A stretch of 64,000 nt of DNA, taken from assembly GCA_019745315.1 (NCBI GenBank), contig JAIETH010000001.1, positions 13,049 to 77,048 of the forward strand, written 5' to 3'. The position numbers and the translations under genes were made by a program. This document shows, piece after piece, positions 1 to 9,867 of the stretch; the stretch's first letter is position 1; every line of letters begins with the position of its first letter. Source of the stretch: Patescibacteria group bacterium. Lineage in GTDB: Bacteria > Patescibacteriota > Minisyncoccia > Phycocordibacterales > UBA918. The notes beneath the pieces were generated by a model that searched no databases, was not told where the DNA came from, and saw nothing but the letters and a program-made list of their open reading frames with translations.

Positions 1-83
1 ACACACTTATTTATATTTGCAAGTTTTTATAAAATGTTTTTAGGAGATTCTTAGAGTATTTAGAACTTTGCTATACTTTAAAA

Positions 84-989
84 ATGAACAACTCAACTCT
101 AATAATTAACGGAGAAGAATATACCTTTGTAAAAGTGAGGAGTCATATGCCTATTTCTATATACAAAGGCACAGATACCTATCTCAGAATCGGACCAAAG
201 AATTTGATTGAACAAGAAATTAACTATCACAAGAATCTTTTAAAATTTGGTTTTCCTATACCAGAAATTTTACATGAAGGCACATATGAAGATTTGTGCT
301 ATTTTACAGAATCTTCGTTTGGCGATGAGCACCTAGGTCAAATTTTTGGATCAAATGCTATAAACTCCATAGTTTCGGATGATGATTTTTCGAAGCTATT
401 GAATGTAGTAAAAATATTTGCCCAAGCTCAAATAAAAACTATAGGAACGCAGGCATTTATATTTAAAGATTTTAAAGAATTAATTAAACTTGATGTGTTG
501 CTGGAAGAATTGCCTTTACTTGGTAAAGACACACTCAAAGCACTAGAAAAAGTTGAAGATCGAATTACTCAACTACCCTCTGCTTTAACGCATGGAGACT
601 TTAATCCATACAATATCTTTGAAAAAGGTGTTATTGATTGGGAAAGAGGTTCATACTCTCCTTTAGGATACGACTTGGTTACGAATATCTCACAGACTTT
701 CTTCTTTCCTTTGGGAGGAGATTATGAATATAGCGCTCGATATCGTTACTCATCAAAGCAAGTGGAGGAATACTGGCAGGCGATAGATGAGGTCTGTACG
801 GAAGCCGGTATTCATTCAATATCTGAATATAGAAATGACTTTATATTTTGTCGAAGCGTCTGGTCAGCGGTGCGTATGCATCAGTGGCCAAAGATTCAAG
901 AATGGCGGTATCGACAGTATGAAGCGCTTCTGGGGATATACTTGAATGATGGAGATCTTACGTACTTTTTAAGTGATTATAAAGCCTAA
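84..989 (+). CDS. aminoglycoside phosphotransferase/kinase-like (APH family) protein
   Basis: HGDFNPYN (Brenner motif) and IDWE; TGcTATACT 6 nt before ATG suggests a leaderless transcript. Confidence 0.75.
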   Translation: MNNSTLIINGEEYTFVKVRSHMPISIYKGTDTYLRIGPKNLIEQEINYHKNLLKFGFPIPEILHEGTYEDLCYFTESSFGDEHLGQIFGSNAINSIVSDDDFSKLLNVVKIFAQAQIKTIGTQAFIFKDFKELIKLDVLLEELPLLGKDTLKALEKVEDRITQLPSALTHGDFNPYNIFEKGVIDWERGSYSPLGYDLVTNISQTFFFPLGGDYEYSARYRYSSKQVEEYWQAIDEVCTEAGIHSISEYRNDFIFCRSVWSAVRMHQWPKIQEWRYRQYEALLGIYLNDGDLTYFLSDYKA

Positions 990-1010
990 GCTTTTTAAGA
1001 TATATACTTT

Positions 1011-1559
1011 ATGCAACCAGAAAAATCTTCTCACTCACACATAACCCTCCATACTGCGTCGTCGGTGTCGGTGTGGTCGTATTGGCCTATCGCTGCTATT
1101 TATGTAGTGTCGGCAGTTATATCGCTCTACACAGTGCGGTGGCATGCGTACCCTGACTACATGTCTCACCTTATGGGATTTGTACTTGTGTTTTTTGGTC
1201 TTATAAAACTTTCTGATGTGGTGGGGTTTGCGAATGGGTTTGCTCAGTATGATCCATTAGCAAAAAGGAGTATTGTATATGCGCAGACGTACCCATTTTT
1301 AGAACTATTTCTTGGAGTTCTGTTTATCCTCCAAGTATTTATTCTTCCGGCGACAGTTATAACGCTCTGTATATATAGTGCGAGCCTCTGGGGCGCACTG
1401 CGATCGCTCGCAAAGAAAGAAGAGCTTCATTGTGTGTGTCTCGGTACCTACTTTAAGTTACCGCTTTCAACGGTGACCATTATTGAAGCAGGCTTTATGA
1501 TAGGTATGTGTATATGGATGCTTGCTATGATTAAAAGTATGACTACTATGGTCATGTAA
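1011..1559 (+). CDS. MauE/DoxX-like membrane protein (heavy-metal/redox associated)
   Basis: Several TM helices, YDPLAKR...YPFLE and C-x-C-LG motifs. Confidence 0.65.
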   Translation: MQPEKSSHSHITLHTASSVSVWSYWPIAAIYVVSAVISLYTVRWHAYPDYMSHLMGFVLVFFGLIKLSDVVGFANGFAQYDPLAKRSIVYAQTYPFLELFLGVLFILQVFILPATVITLCIYSASLWGALRSLAKKEELHCVCLGTYFKLPLSTVTIIEAGFMIGMCIWMLAMIKSMTTMVM

Positions 1560-1572
1560 TATAAATAAAACC

Positions 1573-2205
1573 ATGAAAAAACAATCAATTATTGTAGCCA
1601 TTATCCTTCTCGTTGGTGCCGGAGTTGCAGTTGCATACGCAGTATCGAATGGTGGTTTTGGAGAACGTGACTCTGTGCCAATGGGTATGCACCGCATGCC
1701 AGACGGCTCAATGATGAGTAATGGTGCAGGTGACGCCATGCAAATGGGTGCAATGGATCATTCAATGATGATGGTCAAGAGTGAGCGGGAATTTCTTGAA
1801 GGTATGATTCCACATCATCAGGAGGCAGTTGATACTGCCAAAGAGGTAATTGCTCGCGGTGGCTCAACAGCAGAGATAAAGAAGCTTGCTGAAGATATCA
1901 TTGTGGCTCAAGAAGCAGAGATTGCTTCAATGAAGGGGTGGTATGAGGTATGGTATGGCATTCCATATACTGCCAATAATTTTTATAAGCCAATGATGCG
2001 AGACCTCTCTGGCCTTGAAGGAGCTGCTCTTGATCGAGCGTTTCTAGAAGATATGGTGATGCACCATATGGGAGCTATTATGATGGCGCAAAGTGTAGGG
2101 GCACATATTGAACATAGTGAAATACAAACGCTCGCAGAGACTATTGTGCGTACGCAGACAAACGAGATTACATACATGCGTCAGTTGCTTGAAGGACTAA
2201 AATAG
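1573..2205 (+). CDS. DUF305 (CopM-like) Met/His-rich metal-binding protein
   Basis: Signal anchor; MIPHHQEAV and MVMHHMGAI ferritin-like repeats. Confidence 0.85.
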   Translation: MKKQSIIVAIILLVGAGVAVAYAVSNGGFGERDSVPMGMHRMPDGSMMSNGAGDAMQMGAMDHSMMMVKSEREFLEGMIPHHQEAVDTAKEVIARGGSTAEIKKLAEDIIVAQEAEIASMKGWYEVWYGIPYTANNFYKPMMRDLSGLEGAALDRAFLEDMVMHHMGAIMMAQSVGAHIEHSEIQTLAETIVRTQTNEITYMRQLLEGLK

Positions 2206-2254
2206 ATCCCACTTCTGTTGTAGATAGGTGGGTCATTCTTGGTATACTTGGCTT

Positions 2255-2719
2255 ATGAAGAAAGCGCCTTCGCGGCTTACCAAGAAGACCTTCGGACTGA
2301 TGCTCCTTGTGCCTTTTGTTGTTGGTGTGTTTGTATTTACCTTTTTCCCTTCAGGTATCAATGCGTCATATATTCGTGCCAAAGAATTGATTGAAGGCAC
2401 TGTTGTGGAGGATACAATTGCTAGTATTCAGCGTGAGTACACAAAGCATTTTACGTCCATAACCATCACGCAAATAGACGGCAACAGCTTAACGCTGCAA
2501 GGAAATGCAGTGTGGGAAGCGCAAAATGAAATTGATGAGCAGATTCACATTAGAAAGATAGAAGGAGTAGTGACGCTTGTGGCGGGTGCGAGCTCGGAAA
2601 ATAAAGATGATTGTAGTGTCGAGCTTACTGTTGAAAAAGATACTGTGAAAGGCAAAGATCAGAATAGCTGTAAAGAAATGGATATGAATTTTGATGGAAC
2701 TAAAAGGGAAGCTGAATAG
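2255..2719 (+). CDS. hypothetical membrane-anchored protein
   Basis: N-terminal TM; ATG 2255 lies 6 nt after TGgTATACT. Confidence 0.6.
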   Translation: MKKAPSRLTKKTFGLMLLVPFVVGVFVFTFFPSGINASYIRAKELIEGTVVEDTIASIQREYTKHFTSITITQIDGNSLTLQGNAVWEAQNEIDEQIHIRKIEGVVTLVAGASSENKDDCSVELTVEKDTVKGKDQNSCKEMDMNFDGTKREAE

Positions 2720-2728
2720 AGTCTCACA

Positions 2729-2764
2729 ATAAAAAACCGCTTTCGAGAGAAAGCGGTTTTTTAT
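2729..2764. terminator. bidirectional intrinsic terminator
   Basis: ATAAAAAACCGCTTTC-GAGA-GAAAGCGGTTTTTTAT between convergent genes. Confidence 0.8.
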
Positions 2765-2769
2765 GTCTG

Positions 2770-3699
2770 TTATTTGGTATGAAGGTGAACGTAGATATCT
2801 TCAAGTGCACGTACTGCGTCTCCTGTTGAGATGTTGTTTTGGTGGTATTTGATATTGGTACAGTCTCCTGCAGCCCAGATACCCGGTGTGCTCGTCTGCT
2901 GGGTCCAAGGATCGATTTTGACACGCTTAAGGTCATCGAGCTCCACGATGTCGCCAAGATACCCTGTAGTTGGCACGAGACCAATCTCAACAAAGATTCC
3001 ACTCGTTGGAAGTTCTATAATTTCCCCTTCAGCATTTTTATACTTAATCGCAGTCACAAACTTTTCTCCAACGACTTCAGTTGGAGTTGCGTTGGTGAGT
3101 GCTTTCATTTTAGGATTTTCAAGTACACGAGCAACGGTTACTGGGTCAGCACGAAATTCTGAGCTTCGGTGGAGGAGGGTAACGCTCTTAGCGTACGCGA
3201 GGAGTTGCGCAGCACTTTCAAAGCCAGCATTTCCTCCTCCGATAACGACAACGTCTTGTCCAGAGAATAGTGGACCGTCACATGACGCACAGTAGGTAAG
3301 TCCTCTCTGATCAAATTCGACAGCCCCTGGGACATCAAGCGTGCGTCGTGTTGATCCTGTTGTGATTAATACGGCGCGAGATTCAGCGGTCTCACCATTT
3401 GAAAGCGTGACCTTGAAACGCATGCTGCCGGTATCAATTTTTTCTATTTTCTCAACAAGAATATTTTCTTTAATAGTGACAACATCTCCTGCATAGGCTT
3501 TGAGATGCATTTCGAGACTTTTTCCAAGATCTGCGCCAGAAATAGATGTGGTTCCTATCCAGTTTTGAATATCAGATGATACAACGCTTTGACCACCCCA
3601 ATCACGAGTTACAAAAAGTGTTTTTAATTGTTTGCGAGATGCATATACGCCCGCTGCGACTCCGCCTGGTCCTCCTCCGATAATTACAAGATCAAACAT
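2770..3699 (-). CDS. trxB: thioredoxin reductase / AhpF C-terminal-like FAD oxidoreductase
   Basis: GGGPGG FAD motif, CASCDG redox motif, GGGNAG NAD(P)H motif, AAGD. Confidence 0.85.
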   Translation of the reverse strand: MFDLVIIGGGPGGVAAGVYASRKQLKTLFVTRDWGGQSVVSSDIQNWIGTTSISGADLGKSLEMHLKAYAGDVVTIKENILVEKIEKIDTGSMRFKVTLSNGETAESRAVLITTGSTRRTLDVPGAVEFDQRGLTYCASCDGPLFSGQDVVVIGGGNAGFESAAQLLAYAKSVTLLHRSSEFRADPVTVARVLENPKMKALTNATPTEVVGEKFVTAIKYKNAEGEIIELPTSGIFVEIGLVPTTGYLGDIVELDDLKRVKIDPWTQQTSTPGIWAAGDCTNIKYHQNNISTGDAVRALEDIYVHLHTK

Positions 3700-3825
3700 A
3701 GAAAAATCCTAAATGAGTACGACAGAAGCATAGCATATAACGTGCTGTCGTGTGAACGTGTACAAAAAAACTGAGCGATATGCTCAGGTTTTTTATATTT
3801 TTATAGAAAGTGTTTGAGAAATGAA

Positions 3826-4076
3826 GGAAAGCCGGTACCGTCTTCTACGAAGACCGTATACCTTGTGGCTACTTTTCTGCGCAGGCTTGAAAAGGTAGCT
3901 CGCAAGGTTCGCAGTGCCGCCTTCAGAAGGCAGGCACGTCTCTTACAGAGACTGTATACCTTGTCGGTATTTTTGTTCGCAAAAGCTCCAAAAAGTACCA
4001 GGCAAGGTTCGCGGTACCGCTTTCCGAAGGTCTAAATTATTTTAATTTAGACCTTCTCAAGAAAGCGGGTACCGCG
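3826..4076. repeat. two tandem family-A hairpin units plus fold-back copy of the ftsZ 3' end
   Basis: Units 3826-3924 and 3926-4024 share GTATACCTTG...GCAAGGTTCGC; 4010-4039 is an inverted copy of 4043-4076. Confidence 0.8.
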
Positions 4077-5284
4077 CCCCAATCATCATCTTCATCATCT
4101 GAAGCGACTGGTCGTGGTTCACGAGGGGGTGGGGGCGGTATGTCAGACTTCTTCTCTTCACGCTCACGAATATCATCTACCTTTGGAGGTGGTGTTGGGA
4201 GAGAGTTAAAGATTCGTCCACGAGGTGCTTCTTTTTCAACGGGAGTATCTTGGGGAGCTGGCTGTACCTGGGGAGCTGCAACAGACGCACCGAAGAATGT
4301 TGGGCGACCATGTCCGCTACCACCTGAAACTTCAGGGAAGCCAGTTGCAATTACTGTTACCTTAAGCTCATTCTTCTTGAGCTTTTCATCGCGAATTGCT
4401 CCGAAGATTACCTTCGCATGAGGATCAATTGATTCAGTGATCACGCGTGCTGCATCCTGTACTTCAAGCATTCCAAGATCATCTCCTCCAGCAATTGCAA
4501 AGAGTACGCCCTTCGCTCCTGTTATTGAAACTTCAAGGAGAGGAGAATTGATTGCAGCACGAGCTGCTTCTTCCGCGCGTTTCTCTCCGCTGCTGACACC
4601 AACACCCATGAGTGCAGATCCAGCATTTTCCATAACAGAACGGATATCGGCGAAGTCGACGTTGATGATACCTGGCATCGTGATGAGGTCTGAGATTCCT
4701 TCAACAGCTTGCTTCAATACATCGTCACAAATCGCAAATGCATTTTTGATAGATGTTTCTTTATCAACGATTGCAAGAAGACGATCGTTTGGCACGATGA
4801 TAAGAGCATCAACTTCCTTTTTAAGTTCCTCAATTCCTTGCATTGCAAGACGCATGCGTTCTTGTCCTTCAAATGAGAATGGTTTGGTGACAACGCCAAC
4901 AGTAAGGGCGCCGCTTTCGCGTGCGATTTTTCCAACAACAGGAGAAGCTCCTGTTCCAGTACCACCTCCCATACCACCTGTAATAAAGATCATGTCTGAT
5001 CCTTTGAGTGCGTTTGCAATTTCTTCACGAGTTTCTTCTGCTGCACGTCGTCCCATGTCAGGATTTCCTCCAGCTCCAAGACCACGAGTGAGATTTTTAC
5101 CAATGTGAATTTTCTTTTTTGCGAGTGAGTGATGAAGGTCTTGTGCGTCGCTGTTGATTGCGATGTATTCAACGCCACGAACTTTTGCGTTCACCATGTG
5201 ATTGATCGCGTTGTTTCCAGATCCTCCAGTTCCTACAACACGAATGCGTGCGAAAGATTCAACGTCTGTTTTTATCTGTTCCAT
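4037..5284 (-). CDS. ftsZ: cell division protein FtsZ
   Basis: GGGTGTG tubulin motif, INVDFADI, C-terminal VPAFLRR; probable start MEQIKTD. Confidence 0.98.
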   Translation of the reverse strand: MEQIKTDVESFARIRVVGTGGSGNNAINHMVNAKVRGVEYIAINSDAQDLHHSLAKKKIHIGKNLTRGLGAGGNPDMGRRAAEETREEIANALKGSDMIFITGGMGGGTGTGASPVVGKIARESGALTVGVVTKPFSFEGQERMRLAMQGIEELKKEVDALIIVPNDRLLAIVDKETSIKNAFAICDDVLKQAVEGISDLITMPGIINVDFADIRSVMENAGSALMGVGVSSGEKRAEEAARAAINSPLLEVSITGAKGVLFAIAGGDDLGMLEVQDAARVITESIDPHAKVIFGAIRDEKLKKNELKVTVIATGFPEVSGGSGHGRPTFFGASVAAPQVQPAPQDTPVEKEAPRGRIFNSLPTPPPKVDDIREREEKKSDIPPPPPREPRPVASDDEDDDWGAVPAFLRRSKLK

Positions 5285-5394
5285 ATGGTGTGTAAAAGTT
5301 AATCGCGGATACCCTCTCTTGTGGTCGCTATCATACCAGAGACCCTGAGGTTGTGCACTTATTGACACCTACACTCTTTCATGCGCTTGCCATA

Positions 5395-6564
5395 TCAAGG
5401 AAGAAATTGTTTAAACCAAGTCAGTAATGCGTTCCCTGTACGGCGCGCAATTTTAATACCACCTTCTTCTTCACCTCCAGAAACTCCCCAAATACAAAGC
5501 CCGTATGCGACTGCCCATGATGCGTCGCGCACCTTTCCGTTTTGACTTGGGTCGAGGGTTGCAATACGAGAGGGGAGTCTGAGGGCTGCGCGAGCAAGGT
5601 CTTGGATCGTAGTAATTCCTGATCCTCCGCCAGTGATGATGATTCCCGCAGGAAGAAGCCCATCTCTGTGAATGCGCTTGAGGTGCGAATCGATAAGCTC
5701 AAAAATATCTGAAAGTCGTGCGCCCACAATCTCATCAAGGCGTCGTTTTGAATATTGAGAACTGGTTGGGTTTCCGCGCTTTATTTTTTCAGCTTCTTCA
5801 AGAGGAATCTTGAGACCAAGTGCAATATCGTTTGTGATATCAGAGGAGCCAATAGGGAATACCTTAAGAGAAATAGGTGTTCCGTTTTCAAATACAACAA
5901 TAGAGACGGTTTCAGCTCCTATGTTAGCAAGGACGCAACCTGCGCGCTTTTGCGCTTTGGTGAGCATTACGAGACTTCCTGCAAGGGGTGACGCCATGAC
6001 GTCGTCTACCACAATCCCAGTGCTCTCAACTGCCTGCACAAGATCATTAAGGTGTTGTTCAAAGCAGGATACGAAGAGTGCATCAACTTCAAGCTTTGTG
6101 CCTTTCATGCCGTGAGGTCGACCGAGTACCTTTTCGCCATCGATTGAAAATCCAAGAGGAATAGCGTGGAGGATTTTACGATTTGGAATTTTGTCTGAAA
6201 TTCGTTCCTCACTATCAACCATCGCTTTATCGATATCTGTTTGTGTTATTTCTGAATCGGCACGAGAGGTAATAACTTCGCCGCGTGCGTGTATCTCATC
6301 GAGCCCAATTCCTCCGATAGAAAGGAATGCGCGATGAATAGGTTGCCCAGTTGCTTTCTCTGCTTGACTGACTGCAGAGCGGATACTTTTAAGTACGTCT
6401 GATTCATTGATGATATATCCGTGTCGAAGTCCACGAGATTCTGCAAAGCCGGTACCGACAATTTGGGGAAGTCCGCGCGCTTCATTTTTTTGTGGTGCAC
6501 GAACAACCACAACCTTGATTTGGTAGGTTCCTACATCGATGCCAGTTATATAACGCTCAGCCAT
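5395..6564 (-). CDS. ftsA: cell division protein FtsA
   Basis: GIDVGT, NIGAET, TGGGS actin-like motifs; adjacent to ftsZ. Confidence 0.96.
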   Translation of the reverse strand: MAERYITGIDVGTYQIKVVVVRAPQKNEARGLPQIVGTGFAESRGLRHGYIINESDVLKSIRSAVSQAEKATGQPIHRAFLSIGGIGLDEIHARGEVITSRADSEITQTDIDKAMVDSEERISDKIPNRKILHAIPLGFSIDGEKVLGRPHGMKGTKLEVDALFVSCFEQHLNDLVQAVESTGIVVDDVMASPLAGSLVMLTKAQKRAGCVLANIGAETVSIVVFENGTPISLKVFPIGSSDITNDIALGLKIPLEEAEKIKRGNPTSSQYSKRRLDEIVGARLSDIFELIDSHLKRIHRDGLLPAGIIITGGGSGITTIQDLARAALRLPSRIATLDPSQNGKVRDASWAVAYGLCIWGVSGGEEEGGIKIARRTGNALLTWFKQFLP

Positions 6565-6597
6565 AGAGAGTGGTGTGCGAGCGCTCAGAAAAATACA

Positions 6598-6978
6598 TTA
6601 CGACAAATGATATCGTTTTGTATATCGAGCCTCGACTTCTTCCATTGTATCCCCGTGTGCGTATCCTTTCAAATGAAGTAATGCGTGAATAAATAAATAT
6701 CCGATGAAACCTTTTTCAGTCATGCCAAATTTTTGTGCCTCGCGACGTGCTTGTCGTGGATTTATATACACTTCGCCTTCAGTATCCGATAACGGAAACG
6801 ATAATACATTTGGAATGTATGTTTTATTTCGATAGAGAGTATTCAGTTTCTTGCTCCGTGTGTCGCCTACAAAAACCAACGAAAGCGCATATGATGCGCC
6901 CATGATGTCGTCGGTAATTTTTTTGAAAGGAAGAGAGGGGACGGACGTTCGTGTCGTAGAACGGAGTTCAAAAGACAT
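6598..6978 (-). CDS. ybeY: rRNA maturation RNase YbeY
   Basis: LNxxYR, VLSFP, HALLHLKGYAH zinc motif. Confidence 0.93.
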   Translation of the reverse strand: MSFELRSTTRTSVPSLPFKKITDDIMGASYALSLVFVGDTRSKKLNTLYRNKTYIPNVLSFPLSDTEGEVYINPRQARREAQKFGMTEKGFIGYLFIHALLHLKGYAHGDTMEEVEARYTKRYHLS

Positions 6979-6981
6979 GGA

Positions 6982-7224
6982 CTAGTGACGTGCCTGCTTT
7001 TCTGGCACCTTACCAAGCTTCACAAGTTCTTCGTACTTGTCCTTACGAACGAGTGCTCGTAGGCGTTCCTTGCGGTGTGAGTTGCGTGACTTTACTCGCT
7101 CATAGTAGCGTCCATTACGTGTCTTCGGAACAATACCCGCTCCCTGGAGACGTTTTGTAAAGCGACGCACCAAATTAGAGGTGCTCTCGTTTGCGTTTTT
7201 CTGTACTTCTACGTTGATAGCCAT
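6982..7224 (-). CDS. rpsU: 30S ribosomal protein bS21-like
   Basis: Small basic protein, ESxxNLVRRFxKR...YYER. Confidence 0.7.
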   Translation of the reverse strand: MAINVEVQKNANESTSNLVRRFTKRLQGAGIVPKTRNGRYYERVKSRNSHRKERLRALVRKDKYEELVKLGKVPEKQARH

Positions 7225-7281
7225 GTCGAAAAATGTACCATGAAGCCTTCTTTTCTGCAAGATTTTAGACCTCCTGTATAT

Positions 7282-8466
7282 CTATACCCGGAGAGCCCGC
7301 TTGAGGTGGGAAACTAGGTTTCCTAAAGGTACGGTCTCTTGAGACGAGGATCGCATGTCACGAAGGATTACCGTGCCATCTACGTACTCTTTTTGACCCA
7401 AAATAATGGTGTAAGGGACTCCGTGAACCCGGGCTTTCTCAAGTTGGGTTGAGAGAGAGTCTGAGGCAAGAGATTGGTGTGCGTGAATGTGTGCGCCCTT
7501 TAATTCCTCGAGGAGGGAGAGTGTGCGAAGCTTGGGTCCAAGTCCAAGTTGAACAATAAAAATTTGAGGATCAATATGTGAGGCACGTGGAAGACGGGCT
7601 GGTAATTTACGTTCTTTGAGTGTTACCACAGCACCAACTGCCGGAATGTTTTTCTTGGTGTGCTGAAACAGAAATTCATCATATCTTCCTCCGCGCGCTT
7701 CGATAGGAAGAGCTTCTTCTCTATTTTCATGTGTATACGCAGCAATAGAGAAAAGTGTTTGAGAATAACACTGGTGATGTCCAAGAAGTCGGGCGTCTAT
7801 TTCGTAGAGTGTTTCGCTGAAGTCTAAGTATTCAATGATTTCACGAAAATGCTTCCTGCTTGATTCATTTAAATACTCAAGAGAGCTTGGGCTCTTAAAG
7901 CCGATCTCATGCTCATTCTCAATAAGGTTTGCGAGGGAAAGGAGAGCGTGCTCTTTCATTAGTTCGCGTGCGGTACTCGGTAATAGTTCTAGTCTCTTTT
8001 TAAGATAGTTGTTGAGTTCACGAGAATAGCGAGTTACTGATTCACGGTCTCCGAGAGAATTGATTCGTACATGCTGAGATGAGTCAGGTATTTCAAGATC
8101 ACGAAATAGTGATCGCACGGTGTGAATAAGGAGTGATTCTGCAATACTTTTTTCTACACCAATAACATGAAGCGCAAGTGCTATATCGTTAGTGCGAGGA
8201 ACATCTTCTATTGAGTAGAAAAGCGCTGGTTCACCAAGTCCATGAAGATTGTGTTCGAGGTAGTGTCCTGCCCCAGCTGCGAGCATTCCTTGGAGTGCGT
8301 CAATGCGTTTTTGTGGCGCAAGGATTTTTGTATCATTTTTCTTCTCACAGTTTTTACAACGGGTATCACTTTTAATATCTTCAAGTGCACGAAAGCCGTA
8401 GTGGTGAGCGGTGTGTGAAGCTTTTTTTATAAAATCTGTTGCAGAGGGTAGAGATACAGATGTCAT
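7282..8466 (-). CDS. degenerate histidyl-tRNA synthetase-like protein
   Basis: GGRYD, AVG and C-terminal anticodon-binding domain; N-terminal catalytic motifs eroded. Confidence 0.75.
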   Translation of the reverse strand: MTSVSLPSATDFIKKASHTAHHYGFRALEDIKSDTRCKNCEKKNDTKILAPQKRIDALQGMLAAGAGHYLEHNLHGLGEPALFYSIEDVPRTNDIALALHVIGVEKSIAESLLIHTVRSLFRDLEIPDSSQHVRINSLGDRESVTRYSRELNNYLKKRLELLPSTARELMKEHALLSLANLIENEHEIGFKSPSSLEYLNESSRKHFREIIEYLDFSETLYEIDARLLGHHQCYSQTLFSIAAYTHENREEALPIEARGGRYDEFLFQHTKKNIPAVGAVVTLKERKLPARLPRASHIDPQIFIVQLGLGPKLRTLSLLEELKGAHIHAHQSLASDSLSTQLEKARVHGVPYTIILGQKEYVDGTVILRDMRSSSQETVPLGNLVSHLKRALRV

Positions 8467-8472
8467 AGTTGG

Positions 8473-9060
8473 TTACTTAGCGTCAGTTGATAACGGCTGT
8501 TCAAGTTCTCCCGGCAAAATCTCCATGGTTGATACGGGTAGGAGGCGAATGAGCGCTCTGCCGATAATGAGATCTTCATTGAGTGTGCCCCATACGCGGG
8601 AGTCAGAGCTCGCGTCTCGATTGTCTCCCATAACAAAGTATTCGTTTTCTCCCAACTCTTGGGTCAGAAGAGTGTCTGGATTCATCGAATCGATATATGG
8701 TTCATCCAACACAAAACCATTTGGGTTTTGTGAGTTGGTAATAGAAACAGTGGTGCGGTCAATAGTTATGGTTTCGCCGGGTAAACCGATGATTCTTTTA
8801 ATGAAAAACTTTTTAGGGTCTTTTGGATATCGAAATACAATCACGTCTCCGCGTGTTGGGGCTTCGAGGCGATAGGAGAGTTGGTCTACAATCAAATATT
8901 GACCCGTCTCAAAGGTCGGTTCCATTGAAGCGCCTTGGACTATAAATGGTTGTGCGACAAAAATTCGAATAGGTATAACTATAAGAAGAGCAATAATGGT
9001 AAATCGTATGATTTCAACAAGAAAGTTTTCTTCTTTGTGTGTCGTATCTTCTGGGTACAT
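8473..9060 (-). CDS. lepB: signal peptidase I
   Basis: SMEPT, RGDVIVF, IKRIIGLPGE, GDNRDASSDSR. Confidence 0.96.
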   Translation of the reverse strand: MYPEDTTHKEENFLVEIIRFTIIALLIVIPIRIFVAQPFIVQGASMEPTFETGQYLIVDQLSYRLEAPTRGDVIVFRYPKDPKKFFIKRIIGLPGETITIDRTTVSITNSQNPNGFVLDEPYIDSMNPDTLLTQELGENEYFVMGDNRDASSDSRVWGTLNEDLIIGRALIRLLPVSTMEILPGELEQPLSTDAK

Positions 9061-9133
9061 ACGTAATTTGCACCAGTATATCCGTGAAAAATGTTTGACA
9101 CAAGTTTCCCTTGGCGTGCACAATAGGGATGTT

Positions 9134-9718
9134 ATGCATATTATCGTCGGACTAGGAAATATTGGAGAGAAATATGAACACACACGACACAATGTTGGTC
9201 GTAGTATTGTCGTGGCGTGGGTAAAAAAATATGGCGGATCCTTTGTGGCGTCTGCTCAGTATCGAGGTTTGTTATGGAAGGGAGATATAGCTGGCGACGA
9301 GGTCTGCGCACTGTTGCCTGAGACATTTATGAATGAGTCTGGTGGCTCTGTAAAAAAACTTGTAACAGGGAAGAATGCTGTTGAGCATCTTGTTGTGTTG
9401 TATGACGACATCGATCTTCCATTTGGTACGATTCGCATCTCGTTTAATCGTGGAGCGGGTGGGCATAATGGAATTAAATCTATTGTGACAGCGATTGGTA
9501 CAGAAGCGTTTATTCGAATACGTATTGGCATTGCCCCTGTGTTTCGTGGCGTTATGCGGAAACCAAAAACACCAGACGCTGTGCTCGCGTGGGTTTTGGG
9601 AGACTTTACTAAAAAAGAAGAGAAGGCCCTGGAGGGAATAGCAACTCGTGTCAGCGAGGCAATAGAGCATATCGTGGGACGTGGGTATGAGTCTGCGATG
9701 AATGCGTTTAATGGATAA
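9134..9718 (+). CDS. pth: peptidyl-tRNA hydrolase
   Basis: IVGLGN, TRHNVG, FMNESG, GGHNGIKS. Confidence 0.96.
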   Translation: MHIIVGLGNIGEKYEHTRHNVGRSIVVAWVKKYGGSFVASAQYRGLLWKGDIAGDEVCALLPETFMNESGGSVKKLVTGKNAVEHLVVLYDDIDLPFGTIRISFNRGAGGHNGIKSIVTAIGTEAFIRIRIGIAPVFRGVMRKPKTPDAVLAWVLGDFTKKEEKALEGIATRVSEAIEHIVGRGYESAMNAFNG

Positions 9719-9814
9719 TAAGTCGCGCGTATCCATTCACGACATAACCCTTCCGCTAGCCTTCCAAGCGACTCCGCTTCAGGGTATGTCGTAAAGGGAT
9801 TATGTAGACTCAGA

Positions 9815-9856
9815 ACAAATAAAAAGAGGCGCCGTATGGCGCCTCTTTTTATTTGT
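9815..9856. terminator. bidirectional intrinsic terminator (pth/rpsA)
   Basis: ACAAATAAAAAGAGGCGCC-GTAT-GGCGCCTCTTTTTATTTGT. Confidence 0.85.
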
Positions 9857-9867
9857 ATCGAGATTTT

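Noticed and set aside
3814-4035. 73-aa plus-strand ORF
   Set aside because: Lies wholly over the family-A palindromic repeats and has no protein features.
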